A DNA stretch of 64,000 nucleotides from the human T2T-CHM13v2.0 reference genome, Homo sapiens, in assembly GCF_009914755.1 (NCBI RefSeq), contig NC_060930.1. The stretch is one strand, 5' to 3'. Under the pieces are notes generated by a model. The model did not search any database. It saw only the letters and a list, made by a program, of their open reading frames with translations, and had not been told where the DNA came from. The position numbers and the translations under genes are program-made. Every line of letters starts with the position of its first letter. The stretch's first letter is position 1. Positions 41,149-54,824 of the stretch are shown here, in pieces.

Positions 41149-42360
41149 TGTTCAGTGTTTCACTGGGGAGCAAAGGTTTGCATTTCTACCCGGTCTTAGC
41201 CCTGATTCTGTCCTTGTCTTTATAGAGCACTCATTGTACCTTTTTCTTTTTCCTAGTAAATCATAAGGTACTTATTTCCATTTTATCATTGAAACAGTGC
41301 CAGGATTTTTCTCTGTAATATTGTGGGCCTGCCTTGTAGTGGAAGTAGTAGTAATATCACATTTATTTCCTTGCACACGTAGAAATAAAAGCACACTTAA
41401 ACTGTAAAAAATATTCCATATCTATTTGCTTGAAAAGAGTTTTAACTTTTTATGATAATACAAGCAGTATGATGAATATCCTTCCTGTGTTTGTAACTTC
41501 AGGATTATTTTTGGTATTTGTATAATATAATAATTAAATGATGATAAGGGTTTCACAGATGAACTTTCAAGGAGCAGATGCTAACGTTTTTCCTGTTTAT
41601 GTTTTACCAGGGCCTTCTGAACAAAACCTATTTTCTTCTTTTAGTAATAAAATTCTAGTAAAGCCCTCCTGAGAATTTTCAGTTGGATATAAACACTATT
41701 CAATTGTATTGGTCCAGGAATCTTTAGTTATTTAGTAGGCCTGAATAATAGATTTCTGAAGTCCAGCTTAAAGAAGTACTGAGGTGATCAAATTGTTTCT
41801 CAGTGGAAATGTAGACATCTTTATTTGTAACATCCTTATTTGTAACACATTCTGCTCGTCTCTTCAACCCATACATTTTTTGTGTATCCCTGGGGGTTAA
41901 TGTAGCATCTGTGTTACGTTAACCCAAGTTGGGGGAAAACAAACAAACTCTTGGAGTCTTACAGTGTCAATCTGAGTGCAGTATTTCTCTCTTCCACGTT
42001 TGTTGTAAAGAAATATTGACAAATATGAAATACTCAGGTAAGAGACAAGCACAAAGAACTTCCTTATAAATCATTTGTTTTCTGTTGTATGTATAGCTTT
42101 CAGTGATTTACTGGGATGTGATTTTAAACATGAAGATTTTTAAAAATATATTTGTTAAATAAATCTATACTATACCTAGAAATATGACGAGAAATTGCTA
42201 TGAGACAGTCATTATACAGATTCAGACTTTTTTGGTATATATATATATATATATATATTCCTTAAAAATTATATTAAGATGGTACAAGTAAAGTAAATGT
42301 AGTTCATTGTGTCTAAGCATTATAGGAGCACATGGAAACTAAAGAATAACTTTCTCGTGA

Positions 42361-42645
<285 letters not shown>

Positions 42646-43272
42646 TAATCTGAGTTGCTGTAAGACAGGGGAAAAATAGTGTGTCCACGTATGCCATTAG
42701 GAATTTTGTTTTTACCAAATGCATCCTGCTACCTCTCTGATTGTATAAAAGCAGGTTATCATTTTGGACATATTCTTCTGAATAGATAAGTCAAAAATAG
42801 GAAAAAATAATTTCTATCAAAATGGTCAGTAGATATTTTTACTGTATCAGTGTTGAAAAACACACAGTATAACCCAGCTAACCTTCTCTTTTCAATCTTA
42901 AATTCAAAAAATGTTTTATGAGTACACTAAAGTTTTTGTAACAATTTACTTTTTTAAATTTGTGGCTTACAAATATAGTATTTGACTTAGAGAGTTAACG
43001 AAAATAAGTGAGGCATAAATGGCTCTCATGAATATTATCAGAATTGTTTTACTTAAAAGAAGGTAGAAATAGAAGACTATTTACCAATGACATATCTAGA
43101 ATATTTAACACTAAGGATTATTTTTAACATCCCCCTTCTTTCATATGGCAAATCATTTTTAGTCAAAATAATCAAATGAGATAATGAATTGTAATTTCCA
43201 GAAAACCATAATAAAACTCTTGATTATATATATACAAACATGTATGAATATGTATATGATGGTGCCGTAAGT

Positions 43273-43274
<2 letters not shown>

Positions 43275-43317
<43 letters not shown>
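43275..43317. repeat. (CA)n(TA)n microsatellite
   Basis: Direct inspection. Confidence 0.93.
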
Positions 43318-43340
43318 AAACATTACAGTACATGTGTACA

Positions 43341-43878
43341 TGTAGTGGACAGAATAATGGCTTCCCAGAGATGTCCATGTCTTAATCCCCAGAACCTTTG
43401 AATATGTTACTTTATAGCAATATACTTTGAATATAGCATATGCTTTGAATATGTATCATAGCAAAAGATACTTTGCAGATGCGATTAAGTTAAGGATCTT
43501 GAGATGGGGAGATTTTCCTGGATTAACCAGGTGCGTCCAATGTAATCACAAGAGCTCTTGTAAAAGGGAGAGTGTAGGGTTGAGTCATAGTTACGATGTG
43601 ATTATGACAGGGATGTGAAAGAAGTAGAGAGAGGGAGAGAGAAAGAGAAAGAAGAGAGAGGAGAGAGATTTGTAGATATTATTTTTTGGTATTGAAGATG
43701 TAAGAAGAAGCCATGAGCCAAGAAATGCCAGGTGACCTTTAGAAGAAATACAGTCCTTCAGAGACATCACTTTTAGGACTTCTGACATATAGAACTGTGA
43801 GATAATAAATTTTATATTGGTTTAAGTCACTAAGTTGATGGTAATATTTTAGAGTAGCAACAGGAAACTAATTGTACA
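43341..43878 (+). mobile_element. MLT1D-like MaLR solo LTR
   Basis: tgtagtggacagaataatggc...gagatgtcc...aatccccagaacc...aaggatcttgagatgggg...agaactgtgagataataaat...ggaaactaat. Confidence 0.88.
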
Positions 43879-45410
43879 GAGGGAAAAAAGTCATAGCATA
43901 TTTTAATTACATCAATGTACTTTTTGAAAGAAAAGGGAAAACATATTCATGATTTATCACAGTAATATCTAATAATGCTGTACATGCTTTGGACCTTTAC
44001 TTTTGCAAATTTGTCAATGACTTGGTTAAAACCGATCATTGATTTCTGGCAACTCTGAAAAGTCTAGGAAGTCCAATAATTTTCTACCAAAAAATTTAAT
44101 ATTAAATAAATAATATTACATTTGGAAAATCATCTGAAATGTATTATGGTTTAAAAAAAGCTCGAATTAGTTTTGACAAAATTTTGAGATACTAATTCTT
44201 GCATTTATGTAGTAGAGTCATAATAAAGAATAATTGTGCAGTCATTATTGAAATGAAAAAAAACAAACGAGTTCTTACTCCCAAAATAGGCAAGTGTAGC
44301 TGAGTCCACATAATTGAGGGGTTAATGGTGTAATTGGAATTGTCCAATTTTATTTCCAGGTAGAATACAATACTTATTAAAGAATTAAATATAAATATTT
44401 GCTAATTTGAAAAAGTCAATAAAAGCTCAGTTGTTAAAACTCAACAATAATTGTTTAGAACTTAGACCAACAAAAGATATTTTGGAGGAGGAATATTTTA
44501 TATTTTACATGTTTTAGACTTCCCAGTGCATAATGATACTGGATGCCACTGTTTTTAAATTCTCCACAGAAAATATACCCCCTTTATTACCTGCACCAGG
44601 GAAAGGCTTCCTCAAGCTTTGTCCCTGTTATTCCAATATTATGTACAAATTCAAAATTGGGCAATTAATTTTAATATACTATAAATGTATTAAAATGATT
44701 GTGTTTTCACAATTATATTGCTGAGAAACATTTTTTTACTTCTCAAAATGTGTTAAATTATACCTTTATCGCCAGTAAGGCTTTGGTTTATTGCCCTAGC
44801 TCTGTGTGATGGGAGTGCTCAAATCTTGGCATTCTGCATAGTTAGGTCAGTTATGGTTCTTTCCCTCAATAAGAAATGCATACTGAACCCAGAAACTTCA
44901 TGAGTTAATGCACCAGTTATTTGGAATTTGTGATGCACAACTTCTTTGATAATTTTTGAAATATGTTTTTTCCTAGGAAAAATCATATACTCTTAAAAGA
45001 AGAGGCTGATAATGTGCTATGAATATCATCATGCAGTATTCTGCACACTGATATTCTGAACTTATTCTTGTCACTACTGTGCTCTTGGACAAGTAACTTG
45101 AAATTTATGGCCTCTAATTTTTTAAACTAGTAAAAGAAGAGGATTGTATATCTCAGGTCCATTTAAATGCTAAATAATTTGGCAAATAATGTGCTTGATA
45201 GATTCTCAGAGTTTCGTCTAAGTTAGGCTAGACTACATGGAGAAATATGGTTAGCTGATGTCTTAGAATACATTCAAAAAATCAGGCACACTCTTAAAGT
45301 AGTTATGAGAGGTGGAAGCAGGGGTCTGTTAGGCTGCCATTATCCTATAGTTTCATTTGGGAAGAGCTGAAATAAATTAACCCATGTTTTAGTATCATTT
45401 CTGAAAGGAG

Positions 45411-45506
45411 TGAGACTCATATATTACTACCATTTTCTCCGGGTTTGCATCGTCTGGATGAGACTCATATATTGCTATCACTCTCTCCTGGTTTCCATTG
45501 TCTGGA
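45411..45506 (+). repeat. 48-bp tandem duplication
   Basis: tgagactcatatatt...tctgga x2, 41/48 identical. Confidence 0.93.
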
Positions 45507-48500
45507 TAAGGGCAGAGATATTTATTTGTCTCTCTTTTGCTGTTCATTGTTTCAGCCACTATCATAATCTGCATTTCTCAACTGGGAAATTAGCATTTGC
45601 CTTTTATGTTACCATTGCTGAAGCATACTGAAAATGATAATAGTGTGTTAATATATTTACTTACTTACTTACTTTAAAAATTGTACTTAATTATAAACAA
45701 CAACAAAAAAAAGGAATTCATTAAGGTGTGAAAAATATTCCTTGAGGTTCTTGCTCTTTCTCAGCAAGAGTTAATGAGAATAGCTATATTCAAAGCAGAG
45801 CAATATGGGCTAAGGTTCTGAAAAACTCAGATTACTTCCAGAAGTTCCCCAGGCTTTTTAATTTATATATTCAGGAGCTATAATCCATAGTGAAAATTTC
45901 ACCTTTAGTAATATCCTATATGTGATCAAAGAGGGGAACTTCCTTTTCTTTGCTTTTATTATTGCTCAGATTTTGAGGTATTTTCAAGAAAGCCTATGTG
46001 GTTTGATGAGGAGATTAAAACGGGAAATATTATGAGTCTTTTTGAGTGGGAAATCAGAAAAAAAATTAAAAATTGTGCATATATCCACCCCTGCCCCATT
46101 TTCCCCCAAATTCATATATTATCTTCTTAGCCTGCCATGCCTCCTTCTAATTGATTCATTTAGGGGCCTCCCCATCACCATTCATCACTCTGAGTGTGAT
46201 CATTACTGCCCAAAGTGTGCTGTGAGATCGCTGAATGACTCAGAATAAGCTATTTAATTAAGGAACCTCTGTTTACACAAAAATAGCTTAGTGGAGCAAT
46301 CAACAATGATGTGAAAGTAAATGCTAAATAAGCTTAAGCAGGTTTAATTAAGTTTGGAGTGACATTAAATTCCTTCATAGTTTTCCTGACTGCAGCAACG
46401 TTATTTTAATGTGGCATTTACTGTGTGGTAGATTTTTGAAGTTGCAGGAGACCTTACTTGGTAAGTTAACTGAACTTCTTATTTCATTCAAAACAATATT
46501 TTTAAAGGCTCGGAGTGAGTTAAAAGCAAGGAGCAAAATCATAGCAGTTTCATTAAGGAATGTCTAAATTGTGTGAGCAGGTGCCGTCTTGTCTCTTATT
46601 TCACCATAGGTGATAATCTATTTATCTGAACTGGGAACATTTCTCCTCCTTAATAGCATTTTTGGCTGCATTGCTTCTCTCCTGACTGCCTGTACTTAAA
46701 AGCCTTCTTGGTTTCTCTTTTTCAAATGTTGAGTGCATATTGCACTTTGAGGACTAGGCAGACTCAGCAGTCCGTGAGCTGGTAGGAAAGCAGCAGTCTA
46801 GAAAAAATTCCATTAGGGCCAGTTGGTATTATTTTGCTTTGCTTTATGCAATTTGGTAGAAATATTATCAAATGACTGAAGGGTCTCATTAAGATGATTT
46901 CTATGTTTAGCAATGAGTTAGTGTCCTCTTTCTTTCATGTATTAGTTCCTCACAACTTTAACAACAAGCATTGTATGTGGCAGCTGAAAAAGGGATGGAG
47001 GGAATTGTGCTCATATTTGTGCATATTATTAATAATGTAATTTTCTATAATTTCAGTTGTTTCTATTTTACTTGTGGGATTAAATCAATAGTGAATTCCA
47101 GTCAGTGAGTGTATAATTATTTAACAGTGAGTAACTATTTCTGTGAACAAAACCCAAAATGAATTAGTCATATAATAGAGAATTACTGAAATACACACTA
47201 TACATGAAGAATGTAAAGATAAAGTGGACATATTTACAATGCCCTTTAATATGAAGATTAAATTTAAAAATAATTTTAGCCATACACAAAGCTGTTATAT
47301 ACATTTTCTCTCATATTTACTGATTTAATTAGAAATATTAGGGTATATTTTATTTAGTAATTGACTTTAATGTTACCTTTACAAGCTAATGCTTTAAAAC
47401 AATATTATCTATGAATATCAAAAAGCAGTAGTACCATTAATAATCCTCAAGTAACTTTTATCAAATTATAATGTACTTACCCATAATTAGCCTAAAGTAA
47501 AAAATGTAACATTGAGTTTTTATGGTAGAAGTACACTACTTTGACATATAAACAAAATGAAATTTCCTTTTTTTACTTCTGTTTTCTAATGTTAAATGCT
47601 TAAGATTCACTCTTTATTTTTAAATTTCTCATTATTTGGTGAGGTAAGAGATGTAGAATTGGTACCAGTGGAGGTACGTTGTTTGTTTGAGGCAGATGCC
47701 AATGTTTGTAAAAATAGAAATCAGTATGAGAAGAATGTCGTTCCCTGTTTTATTCACCATCCATTTCTAAAATTCTCAATTTATGATATAATAAGTACTG
47801 AAATATTCATCATTATAGATGCATAAAATTGCCAGCCTTCCGTTTTTCAGCTTTACTGAAGTGAATGAATACATTTGTCTTCATTAGTTTAACATAATGC
47901 ACAAAAATTGATGCAAATTATTCATCTTTCTGCAGGTCAGCCCTTCCATTAAAATGCATTCTATTTTCCCTTTGCATAAGCAGCACAATTTTAATATTTG
48001 AAGTGATTTTGCAGGGCTAAATCTAGATCTAATAATTTTCAGAGACTGAATTAACAAATAAACTCAAATTACACCTGTTCAAGCTGTACATTCCTGGCAT
48101 ATTTGTTAAGTCTAGATTATATGTCACTGAAAACATAAGCATCTCAATAAGTTATGCCTGCTCCACAGACATCATTAACAGGCTGCATGCTACAATCTAG
48201 GAGGCTTCAACAGGGAATTTGATGAATTGTGAGCACCACTGTGAACAGCCGTGATTAATATTGTAAATGTTGACCAAATGGTACCCAAACAATGTAGAAA
48301 TGGATAATTCTCATAAAACAGAGTTCTGACAGATTTTATACACAAAGATTGGATCATTTAATTCATTTACTTATTAGTCCAAGACCATGGCTTCAAATTT
48401 TACTTTAGATCAGTTAGCCACAGACTGTCAGACTATGTCAGATAGTTGTCCTTGGGTTAGCAGAGGTGGGTAAGATCAATGAGGAGTCACTCTTATTAGA

Positions 48501-48579
48501 AAAAAGCTAGTCAAATGTTTGTTCTAAATACCAAACCCAAATGCTTTGCATTTGCTGACCCTCATGTGACAGACATATT

Positions 48580-48795
48580 CATAGCATGTTGCATGGAGTC
48601 TTTGGCCTTTGTAGTCAGATGACCTGTGTGCAAATTTTAGTTTCACCTGGATGAAACCTGAAGAAGTTACTGAGTCCCTATTACACTTAGTGTCCTCATG
48701 TATAAGCAGATATAACCATGTTCACATAATTGGATTGTGATAAAGATTGAGCATATTATATTTTTAGTACTTGAATCAGAATAGGTAGCATAAAG
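48580..48795 (+). mobile_element. MIRb-like SINE
   Basis: ggcctttgtagtcagatgacctg...aagttact...tcctcatgtataa...ggattgtgataaagattgag. Confidence 0.6.
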
Positions 48796-50212
48796 AATTT
48801 TAAAGAAATGTTTTGATCACTTCTAATACGAGGTTTTAGAAAATTAAAAAAAAAAAGTGTTTTGAAGAAATGTTCTCTAATAATTGAAAGAATATGTTAG
48901 TGGTCTCTATTTATACATTTTTAGAACTGTCTTGTCTTTGTATGTTTAGGGATATTAAATATATAGCCGAGAAAGCAGAGTATTAGTATGACCCACTGTT
49001 AACCAGCTGGAAACCTGTTTCTAATGAAACCTACCTGGGATTTTACCATCAGCCAATCAGTATATTGTAATTAGATAACTATCATTTTGTGGGAAGAGAG
49101 TGATTGATATCTACTATATAAAGTTAAGAAAATTCCTATCATAAGGCATTATCTGAACAAGCAAAATGGTTTTCCATTTCCAAACATGTCTTGAACTTTT
49201 AGTAACAGAGCTCAAAATGTATTAGGAGAAGTATCATCTCTAAAGACATGTTTAGTAAACAATCTTTTTAGTAAACAGAGCTCAAGATATACTAGGAGAA
49301 AAATCATCTCCAAAGGCCTGTATATTTTCTTTACATTTGACCAATCTACAAGAATTTCATTACTCTTTCTTTCCTGCTTAGCTCTGTAAAATAATGAACA
49401 TAAAATATAAACATAAATCATCTTTCTTTTTTAGAAGAAAGATAAGGAAAAACAAATTTGACATAAAATAGAGAAAAATGCAATATTGGACATAAACAAA
49501 TACCTGTTATTAGTGCAGGGACTTAGATAGCTGGAGCTTAGTGAGACCAAAGCAGACAGACCAAATTGCAAAAGGGACTTCAGCAATACTTAAAGGATGG
49601 GTAGTTCACTGTCTTGAAAAAGATATATTTTTTTCTTCCAATTTTAGGGTTCTTAATGATTAATCAGGATAATGATTTAATATAAAATGGTCCAACTCTT
49701 ATAATTCTTTCCTTGGAATTTTACATTAGATTTGGAAAAAAGCATAATAGTAAGGAAATCATTGCTGACATAACCATTCCTAACACTATTCTAATGATTG
49801 CTGATGGCAAAATCATAAGAAAGGTAGGGTTTATAGGATAAAATTATTTCTATTTTCATACTTAGTGTCAGAGTTTCATGGTTTAATACTCAAGAAATAT
49901 GACAGCAAATCTATTTCACCAGTCACTTTTAACTAATATATATGAAATATGTCAGAACCAGTAAAAATAGTTGGCTGTTTCATTACAGGTTGATAACATT
50001 TTCTTTTTCACAAGTTAGAGGATATACAGAATATTAATAAAAGGCAACTGTCTAATACATATACTCTATAATTTGAATTCTTCATTGATACATTTTATAT
50101 GCCATATATAAGCATCTCCCTTTATGATCTTAGGTACCTGAATATTTTCCTGCATATTCTATAAATATTCCTTCAATTAGAATGCGTTTATATTATTTAA
50201 AAAAATTTTTTA

Positions 50213-50910
50213 AACTAAACAGTTATAATGTGTATATTTATGACGTAAAAGTGACATTGTGATTTATGAATACAATAAGGAATGATTAAACTAATTAGCA
50301 TATCAATCACCTCAGATACTTTTTTATGGTGTGAACATTTGAAATTTATTAGAATTTTTGAAATGTACAGTACACTGTTACTAATTATATTCACCATGTT
50401 GTGCAATAGATTTAAAAAGACCCTGTTCCTCTTATCTGAGATTTTTTACCCTTTGACCATCATCTCCCCATTTCTCTCAACCCTCCAGCCTCTGCTTTCT
50501 GTTTCTATCAGTTCAAATGTGTTAGATCCCACATGTCAGTGAGAATATGTGATATCCGTCTTTTTGTGCCTGACTTCTTTCATTTAGCATAATATTCTCT
50601 TGTTTCATCTAGGTTGTCGCAAATGACAGAATTTCATTATTTTTTAGGGCTGAATAGTATTCCATTGTGTGTATATGTACTGCATTTTCTTTATTCTCTG
50701 ATCCATTATAAATATAAGGTTGATCCTATAACTTGGCTATTGTGAAAAGTGCTGCAATGAGTAACGGAATGTGCACATCTCTTTGACAAACTGATTTCAA
50801 ATCTTTTGAGTAAATACATAGAAGTAAAATTGATGGATCTTTCCCATGATGGTTGCACTAATTCACATTCCCACCAACAGTATGCAAGGGTTTCCTTTTC
50901 TCCACATCCT
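50213..50910 (-). mobile_element. L1MA 3' UTR and ORF2 C-terminal end
   Basis: aattagcatatcaatcacctca...cacatgtcagtgagaa...ggctgaatagtattccattgtg...cccaccaacagtatgcaagggtttccttttctccacatcct. Confidence 0.88.
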
Positions 50911-51109
50911 GATCTGATGGTTTTATAAGGAGTTTTCACTTTTACTTCTTTCACATTCTGTCTTGCCACCACCATGTAAAAAGTGCTTTTCACTTTCCTC
51001 TGTGATTGTGAGGCCTCCCTAACCACAAAGAGCTGTGAGGCCATTAAGCCTATTTTTCTTCACAGTCTCAGGTATATCTTTATCAGCAGCATGAAAATGG
51101 GCTCATACA
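50911..51109 (+). mobile_element. THE1 LTR, 3' half only
   Basis: gatctgatggttttataagg...tgattgtgaggcctcc...ctttatcagcagcatgaaaatgggctcataca. Confidence 0.88.
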
Positions 51110-51413
51110 GAGGAATACCATTGAAAGACCTTAATTTTATAGAAGTATAAGAAATTCATGAGCAAAAATGATAAGGATACAAAAAGAGTAATTTCATCTT
51201 TAAAAATATATCAATCCATAACATTTTAATCACCAAATGGTGTCAGATAAAAGTGAACCAATCTTTCTGATACCTAATAATCTTTTCACATTGTGTATCT
51301 GTTCAATCAGTACCTTGCTGAAAATTTTCTAGTGGTGCTCTCGAGCTATCAGATAAAATACTAACTCCTAACAATGTCATGCAATCCCTTTCTTTTACCT
51401 ATCTTAAGATTCC

Positions 51414-51762
51414 TGTATTAGTCTGTTTTCATGCTGCTGATAAAGACATACCCAAGACGGGATAAAAAGAGGTTTAATTGGACTTACATTTCCACATGAT
51501 TGGGGAGGCCTCTGATTTATGGCGGGAGGTGAAAGAATTATTACATGCTGGCAGCAAGAGAAAAATGAGAAAAATGCAAAAGCAGAAACTCTTGATGAAA
51601 CCATCAGATCTCGTGAGACTTATTCACTACCACGAGAACAGTATGGGGAACCACCCACATGATTCAATTGTCTCCCACTGGCTCCCTCCCACAATACATG
51701 GGAATTATGGGAGAACAATTCAAAATGAGATTTGGGTGGGGACACAGAGCCAAACCATATCA
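51414..51762 (-). mobile_element. THE1B-like solo LTR
   Basis: tgtattagtctgttttcatgctgctgataaagacataccc ... ggggacacagagccaaaccatatca; TSD attcc/tttcc. Confidence 0.92.
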
Positions 51763-52659
51763 TTTCCTTTCTGAATTTATCCCCTCTTCCCTACATCTAA
51801 CCTGATAACAATACAAACAAGTTGGGTTTCCTTCTGCCTGAGTTTACCTTTTTTCACTCTTCCTCCAATTTTCTGGTTGAATTCTCTCATCCAAATAAAT
51901 TTCTTATGCTGACCTTTTCATCTCTTTACACACTTTTCCTAGGCTGCCACAGAAATATATATGATCTCTCTCTTTTGGAACCATAGCACATTTTCAGATA
52001 TTCCTATATAGTATTTGGTATATAATATTACAATTTTTAAAGTATCTTTTTCTCCATTAAGATGATAATATGAGTGTCCTAATGGCAAGGACCATAAATG
52101 AATCAATTTTTACCCATACTGTCTCACTATTGTTGAGTACATAAATATTACTTAGCGTAGCTGTGAGATCCTAAGTATATAATGGTGAACAATATAACCA
52201 TGACCCCTGCCCTGCTAGAGTTCTCAGTGTAACAAAGACTACATAAAATTTAGCAAGTTTTTACAAATAAACAAGGTAATGTGTTACAGAATTATGTGAC
52301 AGATGAAACTATAATAAATTAGTCTTCAGGAAAGGTAAGCAAAAAAGATTACTTCTATTTGATAACAGGCGTAAGAATGATAACTCTTCTTTTACTTTTG
52401 CTACCTTTTTCTTACTTCTCTCTCTTCTCTTTCCATCTACATTCCAGTTTTGGAAAGGTGTACATAGAAAAGGAAAAAGATAGTGAGAGCATCTCAAATC
52501 CATTTTGTTCATTTCTTCTAGATTTAGAGGATAGGATGAGGTACAAGATATCAGGACCATGGAAGAATTTAGCCAACTATAAATGACACTGTTCATGTAG
52601 AAATGAGAGAAGAGAGGTTAAAAATCATCTGGTATCAAGAGAAGAAAAAAAATGTACTA

Positions 52660-52855
52660 AAGACATACCTAATAAATAATTATCTAATAATGCAAAGAAC
52701 TTTTAAAACACAATCATAATAAACAACCCCACTAAAAAATGGTCCAAAGATCTTAACAGACACCTCATCAAAGGAAATACACACATACCAAGAGAGCATA
52801 TGACAAGATGCTCCATATCATATGTCATAAAAGAAATGCAAATTAAAATAATGCT
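52660..52855 (+). mobile_element. L1M (MC/MD-type) ORF2 3' fragment
   Basis: aaaaatggtccaaagatcttaacagacacctca...gaaatgcaaattaaaa. Confidence 0.7.
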
Positions 52856-53362
52856 TTATTTAAAAAGCAATGAATAAAAATTGCAAGAGTAAGTTGTTAC
52901 CTATCAATAATAACCTTGAATGTAAATTAATTCTTCCATCAAAATACATACAGTGGCTGCATGTATTTTTAAAAAGATCAAATTACATGTTGCATATAAG
53001 AGATTCTTTTTAGCTTTAAGAGTATTCATAACTGAAAGTGAAGTGATGGAAAATGTATTCCATGCACATGGTAACCAAAAGTCAGCAGGGATGGCTATAC
53101 TTAGAGTTCAAGTGAAAAACATTTATAGGAGACAAAGAAGGTCATTATTTAATGATAAAGGAGGAAATAAATCAAGAGGACATAATAATTGTAAATATAT
53201 ATGCACCAAATATTGATTCACCTGAATATATAAAGCAAATATTAATGGACTGAAAAAAGAAATTAAAATAATAGTAAAAGGCACCAATACCCCACTTTTA
53301 TTAATAGGTAAATCAACCAGACAGCAAATTAACAAGAAAATACTGGGCTTGAACTGCACTTT

Positions 53363-53740
53363 TGATATTGTTTTGCTCTGTCCCCACCCAAATCTCATGT
53401 AGAATTGTAATCCCCACATTTTAAGGAGGGACATGGTGGGAATTAATTGGATCATGGGGGCAGATTTCCCCCATGCTCTTCTTGTGATAGTGAGTGAGTG
53501 CTCACGAGATCTGATGGTTAAAAAGTGTGACACTTCTCCCCACAACCTGCACCCACTGCCACCATGTGAAGAAGGTCCTTGCTTCCCCTTAGTCTTCTTC
53601 CATGATTGTAAGTTTCCTGAGGCCTCCCAGTCATGCTTCCTGTGAAGCCTTCAGAACTATGAGTCAATTAAAACTCTTTTCTTCATAAATTTCCCAGTCT
53701 CAAGTGGTTCTTTATAGCAGTGTGCAAATGGACTATTAAA
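53363..53740 (+). mobile_element. MSTA solo LTR
   Basis: tgatattgttttgctctgtccccacccaaatctc...; perfect 5-bp TSD ACTTT at 53358-62 and 53741-45. Confidence 0.93.
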
Positions 53741-54513
53741 ACTTTATATGGAATGAACCTAACAAACATATATAGAACTTTCCATTCAAGAACAGTAGAA
53801 TGTGCTTTCTTCTCAACTGTCCATGTAACATTCTCCAAGACAGGGCATAGTTTAGGCCATGAAACAAATCTTAACAAATTCAAAAAGGTTGAAATTATGT
53901 ATAGTATTGTTTCTGACCACAACAGTATGAAACTGGAAATCAATAACAAGAGAAATCTTGGAAAATTAACAAGTATGTAGAAATTAAACAACATGCTCCT
54001 GAACAACTAGTAGGTCAAATAAAAAATCAAAAGGAGTGTTAAAAAATATATTGAAACAAATGACAGTAGAAACATAATATATCAAAACCTACAGAATGCA
54101 GCAAAAGCAGTTCTATAAGGGAACTTTATAGCAACAAATGCCTCTACTTAAAAAGAACGAAGATCCCAAATAGCCTGACATTATGCCTCAAGGAGCTAGA
54201 AAAGGAAGAACAAACTAAACCCTAAAGTTAGCAGAAGTAAATAATAAAGATCAGAACAGAAATACATCAAACAGAGAATAGAAAAACCATAGGAAAAAAA
54301 CCCAATAGTCACTTCTTTAAAAAAATAAACAAAATAGACAAACCTTTTACTAGGCTAAGGGCAAAAAGAGAGGCGACTCAAAATCAGAAAGAAAAAGAAG
54401 GCATTAAACTGAAAACTCTAAAGCATTACTGAAAGAGATTGAAGACACAATAAGTAGAAAGATATCTATGTTCATAGATTGGAAGAATTAATATTGTTAA
54501 AAATTTTCTTCCT

Positions 54514-54824
<311 letters not shown>

